From positions 259,388 to 323,387 of the IMG/VR virus record IMGVR_UViG_3300044557_000292: DNA of 64,000 nucleotides. The stretch is one strand, 5' to 3'. The stretch comes from a virus (Duplodnaviria > Heunggongvirae > Uroviricota > Caudoviricetes). Below, one piece after another: positions 29,326 to 39,331 of this stretch (its first letter is position 1; every line of letters starts with the position of its first letter). Below the pieces are notes generated by a model. That model was not told the DNA's origin. It ran no database searches and worked only from the letters and a program-made list of their open reading frames with translations. The position numbers and the translations under genes are program-made.

Positions 29326-31467
29326 TCAGTCCGAGAAACCCTCAATAAGGCCAGTAGCGATGGCCGCATTGAAGTTATCACTCATGAAGTCTTTCTTCTC
29401 CTGTGACGAGTCGTTCATGGTCAGGTCGAGAGCTTCCTCGGCTTCCTTCACGTCGTCTAACTTGATCTTCTTGAGTCTTCTATTCATTGGGTCAAGAACA
29501 GTATTATAAAAATCGCGTGGGTCCATTTCACCAAGCCCCTTATCGCGATCAATCTTGTATGACTTGTGTTCTGAATCAAGTCTACTCGCAATCTTATCCC
29601 TGGCCTCTCCATCAATAGCGTAGAGGGTTTCCTGATTCTTACCAGCCCCCACCCTGATCTCGTAAAGTGGAGGAACAGCCTGGTAGACCCTTCCCTCTGT
29701 GATGAGGCCATGAAACAGCCTATTGAAGACCGTGTAGAGGAGATTATTGATCTGGAGACCATCAACGTCAGCGTCAGCAGCAAAGATGACCCTACCGTAC
29801 CTGCACCTCTCAGGGTCGAAGTTCTCGCCCATGCCAGCACCAAGGGCCTTCGCGATGTCATTAACCTCGCCATTCTTCAAGATCGCCTTCATGTCTGCCT
29901 TGAGACAATTCAAGATCTTACCACGGATGGGCATGACGGCCTGGTACGTGGCGTCACGGGCCTTCACGATGGTACCAGCCGCGGAATCACCCTCACAGAT
30001 AAGGAGTTCTGATTCAGGGGTGTCAGTCATAGCACAGTCTGAAAGTTTAGGAGGAAGTGACGCGGACGTGACGCGGTGTGACTGCCTCTTCAATAGCTTA
30101 GCGTCCTGCGCGGCCTTACGATCGTTCGCAGCCGTCTTGATCTTATTGAAGATGACCTTGATGGCATTCTGCCTGCCGGGCGATTGGATGAACTTCTCAA
30201 GCCCATCCGAGAGAGCTTTAATTAGAGCCTTCTTCACCTCTGGACCCGACAGGCTATGCTTCTCCTGGCCCTTGAACTGTGGCTCTGGAACGTTGACGGA
30301 TATGATGATGGTAGAGCCCGCGGTCACGTCTTCAACTATCGGGGTCTCGTCGCCCTTCATCAGCATTCCACGCATTGAGGACATACGATCTGTGAACACC
30401 TTCGTCAACGATGCCTCAAGCGCGTCCACATGCACGCCACCATCCTGAGTGTGAATCGTGTTAACGTACGATCGCAGTGTCCTATCATACCCGACACCCC
30501 ACCTCATGGCAAGATCAGCCGTCACCGTTCTATGGGCCAGGACGTTCTTGCCATCTAGTCCTACAGCACGCTCATCATAATGTCCCTCCACGTGCATGGA
30601 GTAAATGCCCTTCTTCTCGAATGGGTCACCAGACTTGGTCTCCGATCCCGATAGTAGATCATCAGGAGAGATGTTCTCAACGAAAGCGGGTATACCGTCC
30701 TCGGAATAGAAGGACCACTCGTAGGGTGACCCGTCCTCATTTCGTCTCAGCCTGTCCTCAATGTCAATGTGAAGACCCGGGATGATGTAACTGACGCCCC
30801 TAAGACGCTCGATAAGATCATCGCGATTCACGCGCTCGTTATCTGGGAATCTTTCCTGATTATACCAGATCTGTATGCGAGTACCATTCCTCCAGATCTT
30901 CCGTTCAGCTGCCGGCCTGGGATCCTTCTCCGTAACGATGTCCGTCCCCTCAGTGAAACCAGCGTCAGGGCCCTCACCATCGAAATGCCCGGGGAACCCG
31001 TTCTGGAATGACAGTGAGTACTGCTTGTCGTTACGGTACACGAGTACGTCAAACCTCTTGGCTAGAGCGTTCGTCACGGACGCTCCAACACCGTTAAGAC
31101 CAGCTCCAGCCTCACCGGCCTTCACGTTGCTATCAAAGTTAGCACCAGCGTGCAGTGTTGCCATGGTGAGAATGATTCCATTCTTACCAGTCTTCCTGTT
31201 CACGTCAACAGGTAGGCCTCGTCCATTATCCTGAACGATGACAGAGTTATCCTCATTGAAGATTACCCGCACCCTGTCCGCGAACTTCCTCAGACCCTCC
31301 TGGGTGGCGTTATCGGTGAGCTCGCGGATGCCAACGCTCTGCTGTTCACCCCTGTCCCCCAGGTACATGGAAGGTCTCTTCCATACGGCGAACGGGTACT
31401 TGAACTCATTGATAGCATCAGCATTATATGCTTCAATCGAACTCTCAATGTCCTTCTTACTAGGCAA
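29326..31467 (-). CDS. type IIA topoisomerase subunit B (GyrB/ParE-like)
   Basis: KRPSMY, ELTDNA, DNGRG, GLNGVG, EGDSA, PIRGKILN, DADVDG. Confidence 0.95.
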   Translation of the reverse strand: MPSKKDIESSIEAYNADAINEFKYPFAVWKRPSMYLGDRGEQQSVGIRELTDNATQEGLRKFADRVRVIFNEDNSVIVQDNGRGLPVDVNRKTGKNGIILTMATLHAGANFDSNVKAGEAGAGLNGVGASVTNALAKRFDVLVYRNDKQYSLSFQNGFPGHFDGEGPDAGFTEGTDIVTEKDPRPAAERKIWRNGTRIQIWYNQERFPDNERVNRDDLIERLRGVSYIIPGLHIDIEDRLRRNEDGSPYEWSFYSEDGIPAFVENISPDDLLSGSETKSGDPFEKKGIYSMHVEGHYDERAVGLDGKNVLAHRTVTADLAMRWGVGYDRTLRSYVNTIHTQDGGVHVDALEASLTKVFTDRMSSMRGMLMKGDETPIVEDVTAGSTIIISVNVPEPQFKGQEKHSLSGPEVKKALIKALSDGLEKFIQSPGRQNAIKVIFNKIKTAANDRKAAQDAKLLKRQSHRVTSASLPPKLSDCAMTDTPESELLICEGDSAAGTIVKARDATYQAVMPIRGKILNCLKADMKAILKNGEVNDIAKALGAGMGENFDPERCRYGRVIFAADADVDGLQINNLLYTVFNRLFHGLITEGRVYQAVPPLYEIRVGAGKNQETLYAIDGEARDKIASRLDSEHKSYKIDRDKGLGEMDPRDFYNTVLDPMNRRLKKIKLDDVKEAEEALDLTMNDSSQEKKDFMSDNFNAAIATGLIEGFSD

Positions 31468-31514
31468 TCTTGACCTCTTCTTACTAGACCAAACGTTTCC
31501 AATGATGAATATGG

Positions 31515-31556
31515 TACCAATCTGTTACCATATATTACCAATCTGTTACCATATAT
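31515..31556. repeat. 21-bp perfect tandem repeat x2
   Basis: TACCAATCTGTTACCATATAT at 31515 and 31536. Confidence 0.85.
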
Positions 31557-31598
31557 CGTCTCATGCTCCTCATACGATGGGGGCTCATGAGTCAAATA

Positions 31599-32270
31599 TC
31601 AATTCTTACCGAGCCCAAGACTCCCGTCGGTAAGATTGCCCAGAGCGTCTTTACCCTTAGTGGTAAGCTGGCCAACCACTCCGCTAGCATCACTGCTATC
31701 ATGCTTCAAGTTGACTGTTACCTTATCATCATTCCTCTTAACCGATGTGACCGTCCAGTTACTGTCGACAACGGGATCTTTGCCATCATCAGTGAGGACG
31801 GTGATACGGGCGTCATTCACGTCCCCGCCCCTAGACGTAATGATCTTCTTCGCATTAGACCACTTCTGTCCGACTAGCCCGTCAAGACTGATCGTAGCGA
31901 TAGACGGCGTTGTCTTAGTGGCGTCAGTGGCGCCCACGTACTTGTCTGTTGCCTGCTCGGACATAGCCGACTGTCCTCCATTATCGTTGGACCTACTCGT
32001 CGTTGCTATCGACGTGAACATAAACGCGATGATGAACGCTATGACAGAGATTAACATGAACCTGACCATGTTCTTGCGAAGATGATCACCTTCTTCATGG
32101 TCTTCATGGTGAAGGCTATTATGGTCTTCCGTGCTTACGGTTGGTATCACTCGCGTCTCATCAACGTCCCCTTGAGGTCCAATCACCATCGTGTCATTGC
32201 CAGTACTCATAATCACATGCCTCCGGATTGCATTTTCCTCATTCCTCATAACGATGCAATTATAACACAA
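31599..32270 (-). CDS. membrane-anchored protein, PASTA-like C-terminal segment
   Basis: One TM, S/T linker, LDGLVGQKWSNAKKII; start uncertain. Confidence 0.6.
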   Translation of the reverse strand: MCYNCIVMRNEENAIRRHVIMSTGNDTMVIGPQGDVDETRVIPTVSTEDHNSLHHEDHEEGDHLRKNMVRFMLISVIAFIIAFMFTSIATTSRSNDNGGQSAMSEQATDKYVGATDATKTTPSIATISLDGLVGQKWSNAKKIITSRGGDVNDARITVLTDDGKDPVVDSNWTVTSVKRNDDKVTVNLKHDSSDASGVVGQLTTKGKDALGNLTDGSLGLGKN

Positions 32271-32327
32271 GATATCAACAAGAACAACGAGGACGGGTGG
32301 AGATCACGCTATCCATAACGTCTTTGA

Positions 32328-33110
32328 TCAGCTTGACGGTGATTCCATCGGATCAGATATGTCAGAATCACTGTTCACGATGTAGTCAGTGGTGGCCCTG
32401 GCGGACAAGACCTGACCGTCAGTGATCTCATGCACGTCATTGTCTATTGACCTAACGAGCGCATTAGACGCATCATGAATCATCGTGTCAACAGCGCCCC
32501 GATCTATCCCGTAAACGCTGGGATTCTCCTTCACGTCAGACTGGAATGAGATCAGCTGTGCGAGACCATTGAACCTGGGAGCGTACTCCTCCCTCATGAC
32601 CTCAAGAGTGATATTATTCCTCTTAGCCAGGTCTTCCAGTTGAGAGTACGCTCTCACGATTGGTATCATTCTGGGGTCACCTGAATCTATAGACTTCCGT
32701 AGAACAGATGAGGGGTTAGCAGAATCATAGCCCGTTGACTCCGACCCGTGATTGATTCGATCCACCCGGATCTTCTCCTGTTCTTCACGAATAGTTCTTA
32801 TAGAGTCACGATACTTCTTCTTCCTCATGAAGGCGTATGCTGGTATGTATGATCCTATTCCGATAGCAAGTACGATCAATAAACCGATGAGGAATGTGAA
32901 GAACCATTGAATATTGACGATTAGGAGTGTCCCGCCTGTAAGACCAGTGATGACGGCAAGAATATCAAGTATTCTCATTGGCAACCTAGCTCGTCTACCC
33001 CCGCTCATTCCACCCTCCTCTCCTTGGCGCATTCGACCATGGAATCGACGCATCCGGCCGTGGCTATCATTTCTGCACGTCTTCGGGGATGATGATCGTA
33101 CGGATGCCAT
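32328..33110 (-). CDS. membrane protein
   Basis: Two TM helices then helical domain; start uncertain. Confidence 0.65.
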   Translation of the reverse strand: MASVRSSSPKTCRNDSHGRMRRFHGRMRQGEEGGMSGGRRARLPMRILDILAVITGLTGGTLLIVNIQWFFTFLIGLLIVLAIGIGSYIPAYAFMRKKKYRDSIRTIREEQEKIRVDRINHGSESTGYDSANPSSVLRKSIDSGDPRMIPIVRAYSQLEDLAKRNNITLEVMREEYAPRFNGLAQLISFQSDVKENPSVYGIDRGAVDTMIHDASNALVRSIDNDVHEITDGQVLSARATTDYIVNSDSDISDPMESPSS

Positions 33111-33453
33111 GTGCGGCAGCCCTACGGATCATATCCCACGTGCCTGGCGAACCAGACGCGGAGGGGAATGCGAGGCACAGGTCAGCGCCTAGCGTAGCCA
33201 TGCGCTCGTTGCGTTTCGGGCCGGCAGCGCGCCCGTACTTCTTCCATTCGGCAGTGAAGGTTTCAGAAGACCATCCCCGTGCTTCCGCGTATTCCACGGC
33301 AGCCGCGTCTACTCCCGTTGGGCATCCACCTTGCACAATGACAACCCGCTCGGCTGCAGGTACCTCATTGGATCTTATCGCCTCAACGACTTCTCGATCG
33401 ACTTCTTTCAAAAGAACATTTCGATTCCTACCACCCGTAATGATGATCCTCAT
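33067..33453 (-). CDS. SLOG superfamily protein (DUF2493/YspA-like)
   Basis: IIITGGR, GGCPTGVD, AEWKKYGRAAGPKRN, LAFP, GTWDM. Confidence 0.85.
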   Translation of the reverse strand: MRIIITGGRNRNVLLKEVDREVVEAIRSNEVPAAERVVIVQGGCPTGVDAAAVEYAEARGWSSETFTAEWKKYGRAAGPKRNERMATLGADLCLAFPSASGSPGTWDMIRRAAAHGIRTIIIPEDVQK

Positions 33454-33649
33454 CAACTCTATCCTCCTGCCTATCGTCACCCGATTCGATCAACCCGGTC
33501 AATACGCTGTTCGATCCAACGCATTTCCTCAACGTAGATTATCAAGCATCGTGTTGATCTTGGCTAACTCTATTACCAAAGACAATAGTATCAAGGATTC
33601 ATCGATCATTCAACAGTAGACGAAAATGCCGGGATAAGTAAAAGGCAGC

Positions 33650-34519
33650 TCACCATCCACCATCGTCATCATTCTGCCAGTCGCCTGTTCTTATGTCTTG
33701 TATAGCATTATCAATGATCATCTCATCTGGTATGCCGTCATGACTAGAATCATTGGACTCAAGTTGATCTAATATGTATTGGACTACTGAATCTGACAAG
33801 TACTCTTCCATGAAGGTGAGGGTGAGATCAGAGGACTGTAATAATCCTCCTGAAAGTTCCTCGGTTAAATAATTGTTCAGCGCGCTAATGACCTTGACAG
33901 ATCGCGGAAGATTATCATATGAATACATGCTGGCCAGGGTTCTTGCGCTAACCGCCCTCCATCTGAGCTGGGCGTCTTCATCCCACAGTTGATCCTTCAT
34001 GAACTCTATGGCCAATTTCTTATCGGCCGTGTTCATACCGGGCCTCTCCTTGATCGTCCTTATGACTATCTTCGAGAGTGATTCAACGACAGCGGCCACA
34101 AGCGTCAGCACATCAATTCCACCGGGATCTATACCCATATTCCTTGCAATGTCTATGATGTTGTCAGTGTTGATCGTGTTAAGATTGTAACCCCTCGTGT
34201 CAGTGGTCTTGTAAAGATCGGGTCTCCTAGACATCATTCTGATCTTCTGCTCGATGATGGTCTTTATGAGATCAGAGAAAGACTTGTGGACCATGACCCT
34301 ATAATTCTCCTGGAGGAGGGACCCATCAAACGCGGGTGAATTGTAACGAATCGAGAAGATGAACTCTAGCGTGTCCTCATCGACCCATATTGGCATCCCG
34401 GCAGCCGCGTCATAGTCATAATAGTCATTCTCCCGACTTATGAAATCATCATCCTCCGGGTCGCCATCTGATGAAGAGTCGTCAATATCATCAATCCAAT
34501 CGTCATTAATAGATCCCAT
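33650..34519 (-). CDS. hypothetical protein
   Basis: Long ORF, acidic termini; start uncertain. Confidence 0.7.
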   Translation of the reverse strand: MGSINDDWIDDIDDSSSDGDPEDDDFISRENDYYDYDAAAGMPIWVDEDTLEFIFSIRYNSPAFDGSLLQENYRVMVHKSFSDLIKTIIEQKIRMMSRRPDLYKTTDTRGYNLNTINTDNIIDIARNMGIDPGGIDVLTLVAAVVESLSKIVIRTIKERPGMNTADKKLAIEFMKDQLWDEDAQLRWRAVSARTLASMYSYDNLPRSVKVISALNNYLTEELSGGLLQSSDLTLTFMEEYLSDSVVQYILDQLESNDSSHDGIPDEMIIDNAIQDIRTGDWQNDDDGGW

Positions 34520-34547
34520 TGGTCTTCGATTCTCCATTCCTGTGAAA

Positions 34548-35348
34548 CTATAAGATGATAGCAAAAACAAGCAGAACAGCTACAACTACAGTCACCCCAA
34601 TAGCGACTTCTAGTCTCCCCTGTTGGACTTTATTCTTCAAGTACTTGTACTTGTCCTCATCTGGCACGCTGTAAAACTCGGCGGCTGCCTCTGCATCCCT
34701 GGCAGCCTCGCGCACCTCGGCCTTACTAGCGTTCCTGTATCCTCCACCTTTGATGGCAGCCACGTCAACTGGAGTAGACTCGTGATTCCACCACGTCTTC
34801 ACGTCATCGTAATAAGACGGCTCACCAGAACCACAAATCTTCTCCTTAACATAATCCCATGAGGAGTCCTCATTCTCCTCCTGAATGACCTCGTTAACGG
34901 TCACTCTGGCGGATGGAGTGGAATGAGTATCATTGCTATTGGGAGACGAAGATGCGTTATCTTCTCCATGAAGAGTGTCGTCATTCACTGAGGCGTGCTC
35001 AGGAAGTGTTCTAACGTGCCTTAGAGCGTCCTTATCATCAGATGCATGTGAAAACTCGTCTTTAACGCTACCGTCGTCTAAGGCGCGTTTATTCGCGTCT
35101 AAAGCGATATTACTAGAATTGCTAGATTCCGCGTTAGAACCGCGCTCATCCTTCTTCGCATGATCAATCTTAAGACGCTCGGGCTCATTGGCCTCAATCC
35201 AATTAAGATCCCTAGTGACGGTTGAGCTAGAGATGCCAACAGACTTGGCTATCTGTCCGTTGGTTGATCCCTTCTTCTTCAGCGCGGCCACTCTTCTCCT
35301 GCGCTTCAGTACTTCCTTCTGATGTTCAGTCATCTTCCTACTAGTCAC
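34548..35348 (-). CDS. HTH protein with C-terminal membrane anchor
   Basis: STNGQIAKSVGISSSTVTRDL; hydrophobic C-tail. Confidence 0.7.
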   Translation of the reverse strand: MTSRKMTEHQKEVLKRRRRVAALKKKGSTNGQIAKSVGISSSTVTRDLNWIEANEPERLKIDHAKKDERGSNAESSNSSNIALDANKRALDDGSVKDEFSHASDDKDALRHVRTLPEHASVNDDTLHGEDNASSSPNSNDTHSTPSARVTVNEVIQEENEDSSWDYVKEKICGSGEPSYYDDVKTWWNHESTPVDVAAIKGGGYRNASKAEVREAARDAEAAAEFYSVPDEDKYKYLKNKVQQGRLEVAIGVTVVVAVLLVFAIIL

Positions 35349-35439
35349 AATTAGACTCCCTTCAAGCCAAAGATCATATGATGAAGACCATGGTCATCTA
35401 TATGAATCCCATTATCATTGATTCGATTGCAGTACAGAA

Positions 35440-36033
35440 TCATCCTAAAAGCTCGGTCACGGAGTCTAGCGAGCTTCTGAACAATGATGACTCCTTCTGA
35501 AGGCGTCTAAGAAGACTGACCTCTGCGTACAGATCGTTAGGAGGCAGTTTTCCTGACCCATCAGTGATAGAGCTGGCGAGATCAGGGTCGATCTTCGACT
35601 CGAGGTCCCATAGATCTTTACGATTAGAATGATCTAGCCTTGCGACTTCGACAGCAAACCTTAGATCATCAAGATTCGCAAGGTCAAGAGCGCTACTGAT
35701 CTTCTTCCTAGCATCTGAAACCGATGATGCGTCCATGAGTGCTGAGATCAGCTTGGATTCATCAGGATTCCTCACGTTGAGGAGGTCGCTAGCGAGATCA
35801 ATCGTCTTCTGGTCAGCGCTTCTCACCCTATCAGCCCATTGTAGAACGGCGTTCACCACAGCCGGGGTGACGTCCGCCGTCTTCTTGATGATCTTACGGC
35901 TTGGACGCGCCTTGGGCTTTGATTCCTCACGCCCATCCTCGTGGTCTTCCGCATTTGGCTGATCATCTTGCAAGGGGGTCTCGAAGGGCGTCCCCTCATT
36001 ATCTTCCACGTTGACTGTATCAAAATCTGGCAT
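35440..36033 (-). CDS. hypothetical protein
   Basis: Start moved to ATG 36033 (RBS AGGA). Confidence 0.7.
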   Translation of the reverse strand: MPDFDTVNVEDNEGTPFETPLQDDQPNAEDHEDGREESKPKARPSRKIIKKTADVTPAVVNAVLQWADRVRSADQKTIDLASDLLNVRNPDESKLISALMDASSVSDARKKISSALDLANLDDLRFAVEVARLDHSNRKDLWDLESKIDPDLASSITDGSGKLPPNDLYAEVSLLRRLQKESSLFRSSLDSVTELLG

Positions 36034-36221
36034 AATGTATCCTATCCTTGATTGCTTTTGCATTGCAAGGATAAGATATCAATGATCCTCTTTTATCAAG
36101 ACACAATGTCTAACAGGTCTAACGGTTCAGATGAAGACAAATATGATATCAAGACGAGTTAATCCGTATCATCAGTCAGCATCATTTATAGAAGAAATAT
36201 GAAAATTAAGATAAATGGAAG

Positions 36222-36248
36222 AGGCGTTGATCCATACGATCAACGCCT
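36222..36248. terminator. terminator-like hairpin
   Basis: 11-bp inverted repeat AGGCGTTGATC. Confidence 0.6.
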
Positions 36249-36326
36249 GTGAGAAACGGCAAAAACAGTGACAGAATAATGGTAGGTAAGACTTACTATA
36301 TGCTTACTATATGATTCCTATTCGCC

Positions 36327-37718
36327 TTATTTGACCTGCGCTGACGCCTTGAGCTTTGAGAATGAGGACACGGTATCAGCATCAGTATGGAGATCCCTTG
36401 CCGCCTTGGTTGCTGATCTCTCGAAGGCCTCGGCCAGTTTCACCTTCTCGTCCATGAGCTTTGACTTCTCAGACTGCTTAGACGTGCTCATGTCAATGGT
36501 CTTACTCGCGGCCGTGTCAAGATCTTCCTTAGTGAACGATGACAAGAACTTCTTCTTCTCATCATCTGTCATCTTATCGTGGTCATTTAGATACATCGTG
36601 AACCTCAATGACTGCGCCTTGATAGCGTTGTCGATAATGACCCTGGCAGTTCTTCCGTTAGCGAATGCTTCCGTAGTCCTCAATTCCTCAAAGGCTTCGG
36701 TGAGAGACTTCTTATTATCATCGGTCAGCATCACGCCCTTCGCCAGCGCCTTCCTCTCAGCTATGGTCACAAGCTCGTCATTCTTATAATTCGGGAATTC
36801 GATCTTCTCAACGAACCTTGAACGGAGGCCTGGATTAGAATCAAGGAAGTGCTCAGTCACGTCAGTATAACCGGCAATGATGACCACGAGACGATCACGA
36901 TCGTCCTCCATTCTCTTCATGAGTGTGGCTACAGCCTCCTGTCCGAACACGTCTTGCTCTCCCGTGTTCAGGTTATAGGCCTCATCAATGAAGAGAACCC
37001 CATCGAGGGCTGAGTCAATGACCTTATTCGTCTTGGGAGCCGTCTGACCCTGATACTCAGCAACCAGTCCAGACCGATCGGTCTCAACCAGATGGCCCTT
37101 CTTGAGAAGACCAATACCACGGAGCAAACGAGCGTAAATCCTGGCTACCGTTGTCTTACCAGTTCCGGGTGCTCCCAGAAGAGCGACGTGAACGGACACG
37201 TCATCAGACTCAGGATCTTTAGGATCAAGCATACCGAGCTTCTTCCTCACCTGATTGGCTGCTATAGTGGCCTGTAACTCTGATACCTGCTTCTTCACGG
37301 CTTCAAGTCCAGTAAGCTTCTGAAGATCATCCTCGGCATCCTTAAGGGTCTTAGCCCGCTCCTTGGCTTCTTCCTCGGAGGTCTTAACCTCCTCTTCCTC
37401 TGATATAGCGTCAGGCGTCTTGTTGACGATCACACCCCTCTTGCCACCAGCTATCTCCTCAGCCATAGACACTGACGGCTTGAGAACAGCCGCCTGCGAA
37501 TCACCACCGGTATCCGGGATGATAGCATTGAGCTGTCCCTGAAGATACTCCCTCTGCTTGCGAACCGCCTCTTCGATACTATCCGCGATATCGTTCGCAT
37601 TATTCAGATTAGACGCGGATCCTGATTCTGCAACCAGTCTGTTAAGTTCATCCGTACTCATCTTCGTGAGGAATTCCGGCGACAGATCCTTACCATTGAT
37701 ATCATTGTCCTTAGCCAA
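36327..37718 (-). CDS. AAA+ ATPase, CbbX/SpoVK/EccA family
   Basis: LTGLEAVK, GAPGTGKT, YQGQTA, LFIDEAY, NPGLRSRF. Confidence 0.92.
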   Translation of the reverse strand: MAKDNDINGKDLSPEFLTKMSTDELNRLVAESGSASNLNNANDIADSIEEAVRKQREYLQGQLNAIIPDTGGDSQAAVLKPSVSMAEEIAGGKRGVIVNKTPDAISEEEEVKTSEEEAKERAKTLKDAEDDLQKLTGLEAVKKQVSELQATIAANQVRKKLGMLDPKDPESDDVSVHVALLGAPGTGKTTVARIYARLLRGIGLLKKGHLVETDRSGLVAEYQGQTAPKTNKVIDSALDGVLFIDEAYNLNTGEQDVFGQEAVATLMKRMEDDRDRLVVIIAGYTDVTEHFLDSNPGLRSRFVEKIEFPNYKNDELVTIAERKALAKGVMLTDDNKKSLTEAFEELRTTEAFANGRTARVIIDNAIKAQSLRFTMYLNDHDKMTDDEKKKFLSSFTKEDLDTAASKTIDMSTSKQSEKSKLMDEKVKLAEAFERSATKAARDLHTDADTVSSFSKLKASAQVK

Positions 37719-37770
37719 GGGCTGCTTCCTTCCGATAGTATTTCATCTTCCATCCGTATGAAACGTACGA

Positions 37771-38502
37771 TTAATGATCCTCATGATCTCGTACGGTTAT
37801 AGTGACGCCGTACTGTCTACGGGCGGCTATCTCATTCACGTTATTCAGATAGCCTCCGTTAACGAATCCCTGAGCTGCCTTGTATGATGGGAAGATGAGC
37901 TCAACCTTATCAGATGACATCTTACTCGGCTTGGGGTACTTCTTCAACCTGCTCTGCTTCTGATCGTCACTAAGATCGCTCCTGAGGTCAATGGCCTCCC
38001 TCTTCACGTCATCCCACTCGAGGATGAGGGCGTCCGCGTTCTTGAGACCAACGTCAGCCGCACTTGTCTTCAACAACGGGAATGGGAGATCGTCAGGCTT
38101 CCCGTCAAGATCGACGTCCGATTCGCTAGCTTGATTACTAGTGGAAGCCGCAGGCTGATCACTCTTTGATTCGGCATGGGTGTGATCTCCACTAGGAGTC
38201 TTAACAGTATCACCATCATGAGATCCAGATGCCTTGGCGACCGCTCGCTCGGCCTTTAGGATGGTCTTGGTCTCATTGAAAACATCAATGGCCTTCACGT
38301 GAGTGATCTTACACAACTGTAGGAACACGTCATATGGTACAGTGCTCGTGAACCATCCCTTGACAGTGTCCTCATCAGTATCGAACAATCCTGCTAGATC
38401 TGAGGGATGCAGACCAGCATCCTTGACCGCATTCTTCATGATGCCAACACTAATCTTGTTAGCGTGAGCAACGCTTCCATCAATCTTCATTATTCCATCC
38501 AA
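37771..38502 (-). CDS. hypothetical protein, possible N-terminal HTH
   Basis: LHPSDLAGLFDTDEDTVKGW. Confidence 0.65.
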   Translation of the reverse strand: MDGIMKIDGSVAHANKISVGIMKNAVKDAGLHPSDLAGLFDTDEDTVKGWFTSTVPYDVFLQLCKITHVKAIDVFNETKTILKAERAVAKASGSHDGDTVKTPSGDHTHAESKSDQPAASTSNQASESDVDLDGKPDDLPFPLLKTSAADVGLKNADALILEWDDVKREAIDLRSDLSDDQKQSRLKKYPKPSKMSSDKVELIFPSYKAAQGFVNGGYLNNVNEIAARRQYGVTITVRDHEDH

Positions 38503-38541
38503 TCAACTGCCAGTATAAAACTCCGAGGGTATAGGCAAGGA

Positions 38542-39219
38542 TCACAAGAACCTGAGGCTCTTGGCAAGATACTTGTACTTAGACTTGTCCTTGGGATCCC
38601 ATGGCCATCCACTCTCATATGAATTGTATGGTACCTTTGGAATATGGGCCGCGGTGTCTTTATCAACCTTATCACCCTCAATAAGATCAAGGACTGTTAA
38701 GACGTCACCATGTCTGAACCCGGATTCCGTGTACGTTGATACGATCGCATTCGTCTTACCATCAATAATAGTAGTTGACACGACTTTTAGAGTAGGATCA
38801 TTAGGCCGCTTCTTGGCCATGAACTTCTCAGCATTAATCCGGAATCTCTCCGTGGCTACTATCATGGCGTCCCTTGAGCGTTGATCTTTGACCACAATCC
38901 ATCTTACCTGGCTGTTATCGGGGAATGATATGATCACAAACCTATCTTTATCGGGGCTCCCGTAGTCTCCATCAGAATCATTGGTCGCATCGGTAGACTT
39001 ATCGTCTTCATTAGGAATAGATGGGTAAGATTCCTCCAAAGTCCAATTGGAATCATACGTGTCCATCACGTCATTCCCATTACTGCTTACAATCCCATTA
39101 TCCTGATACTCATCTCCATCAAAGGCAGAGCTGGCAATAGTGTCAACAACGTTAGAAGCAGAATCGACCGTCTTCCTAAGGAATGCGCCAATTTTATAGG
39201 CTGCATCATTTCCGTCCAT
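38542..39219 (-). CDS. hypothetical protein
   Basis: 225 aa, RBS GGAGG. Confidence 0.7.
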   Translation of the reverse strand: MDGNDAAYKIGAFLRKTVDSASNVVDTIASSAFDGDEYQDNGIVSSNGNDVMDTYDSNWTLEESYPSIPNEDDKSTDATNDSDGDYGSPDKDRFVIISFPDNSQVRWIVVKDQRSRDAMIVATERFRINAEKFMAKKRPNDPTLKVVSTTIIDGKTNAIVSTYTESGFRHGDVLTVLDLIEGDKVDKDTAAHIPKVPYNSYESGWPWDPKDKSKYKYLAKSLRFL

Positions 39220-39331
39220 CCATGACCTCCATCTTACATTGACTATTAATAAGTGATTTTAATGCAATCGTGAGGAAAAGACAAACAATGCATCATTATA
39301 ACCAATGGATTCATGTAATCACGCAGCGTAA

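Noticed and set aside
26909-31467. Assigning gyrA/gyrB symbols
   Set aside because: No canonical GyrA-box and a short CTD, so gyrase versus topo IV cannot be decided
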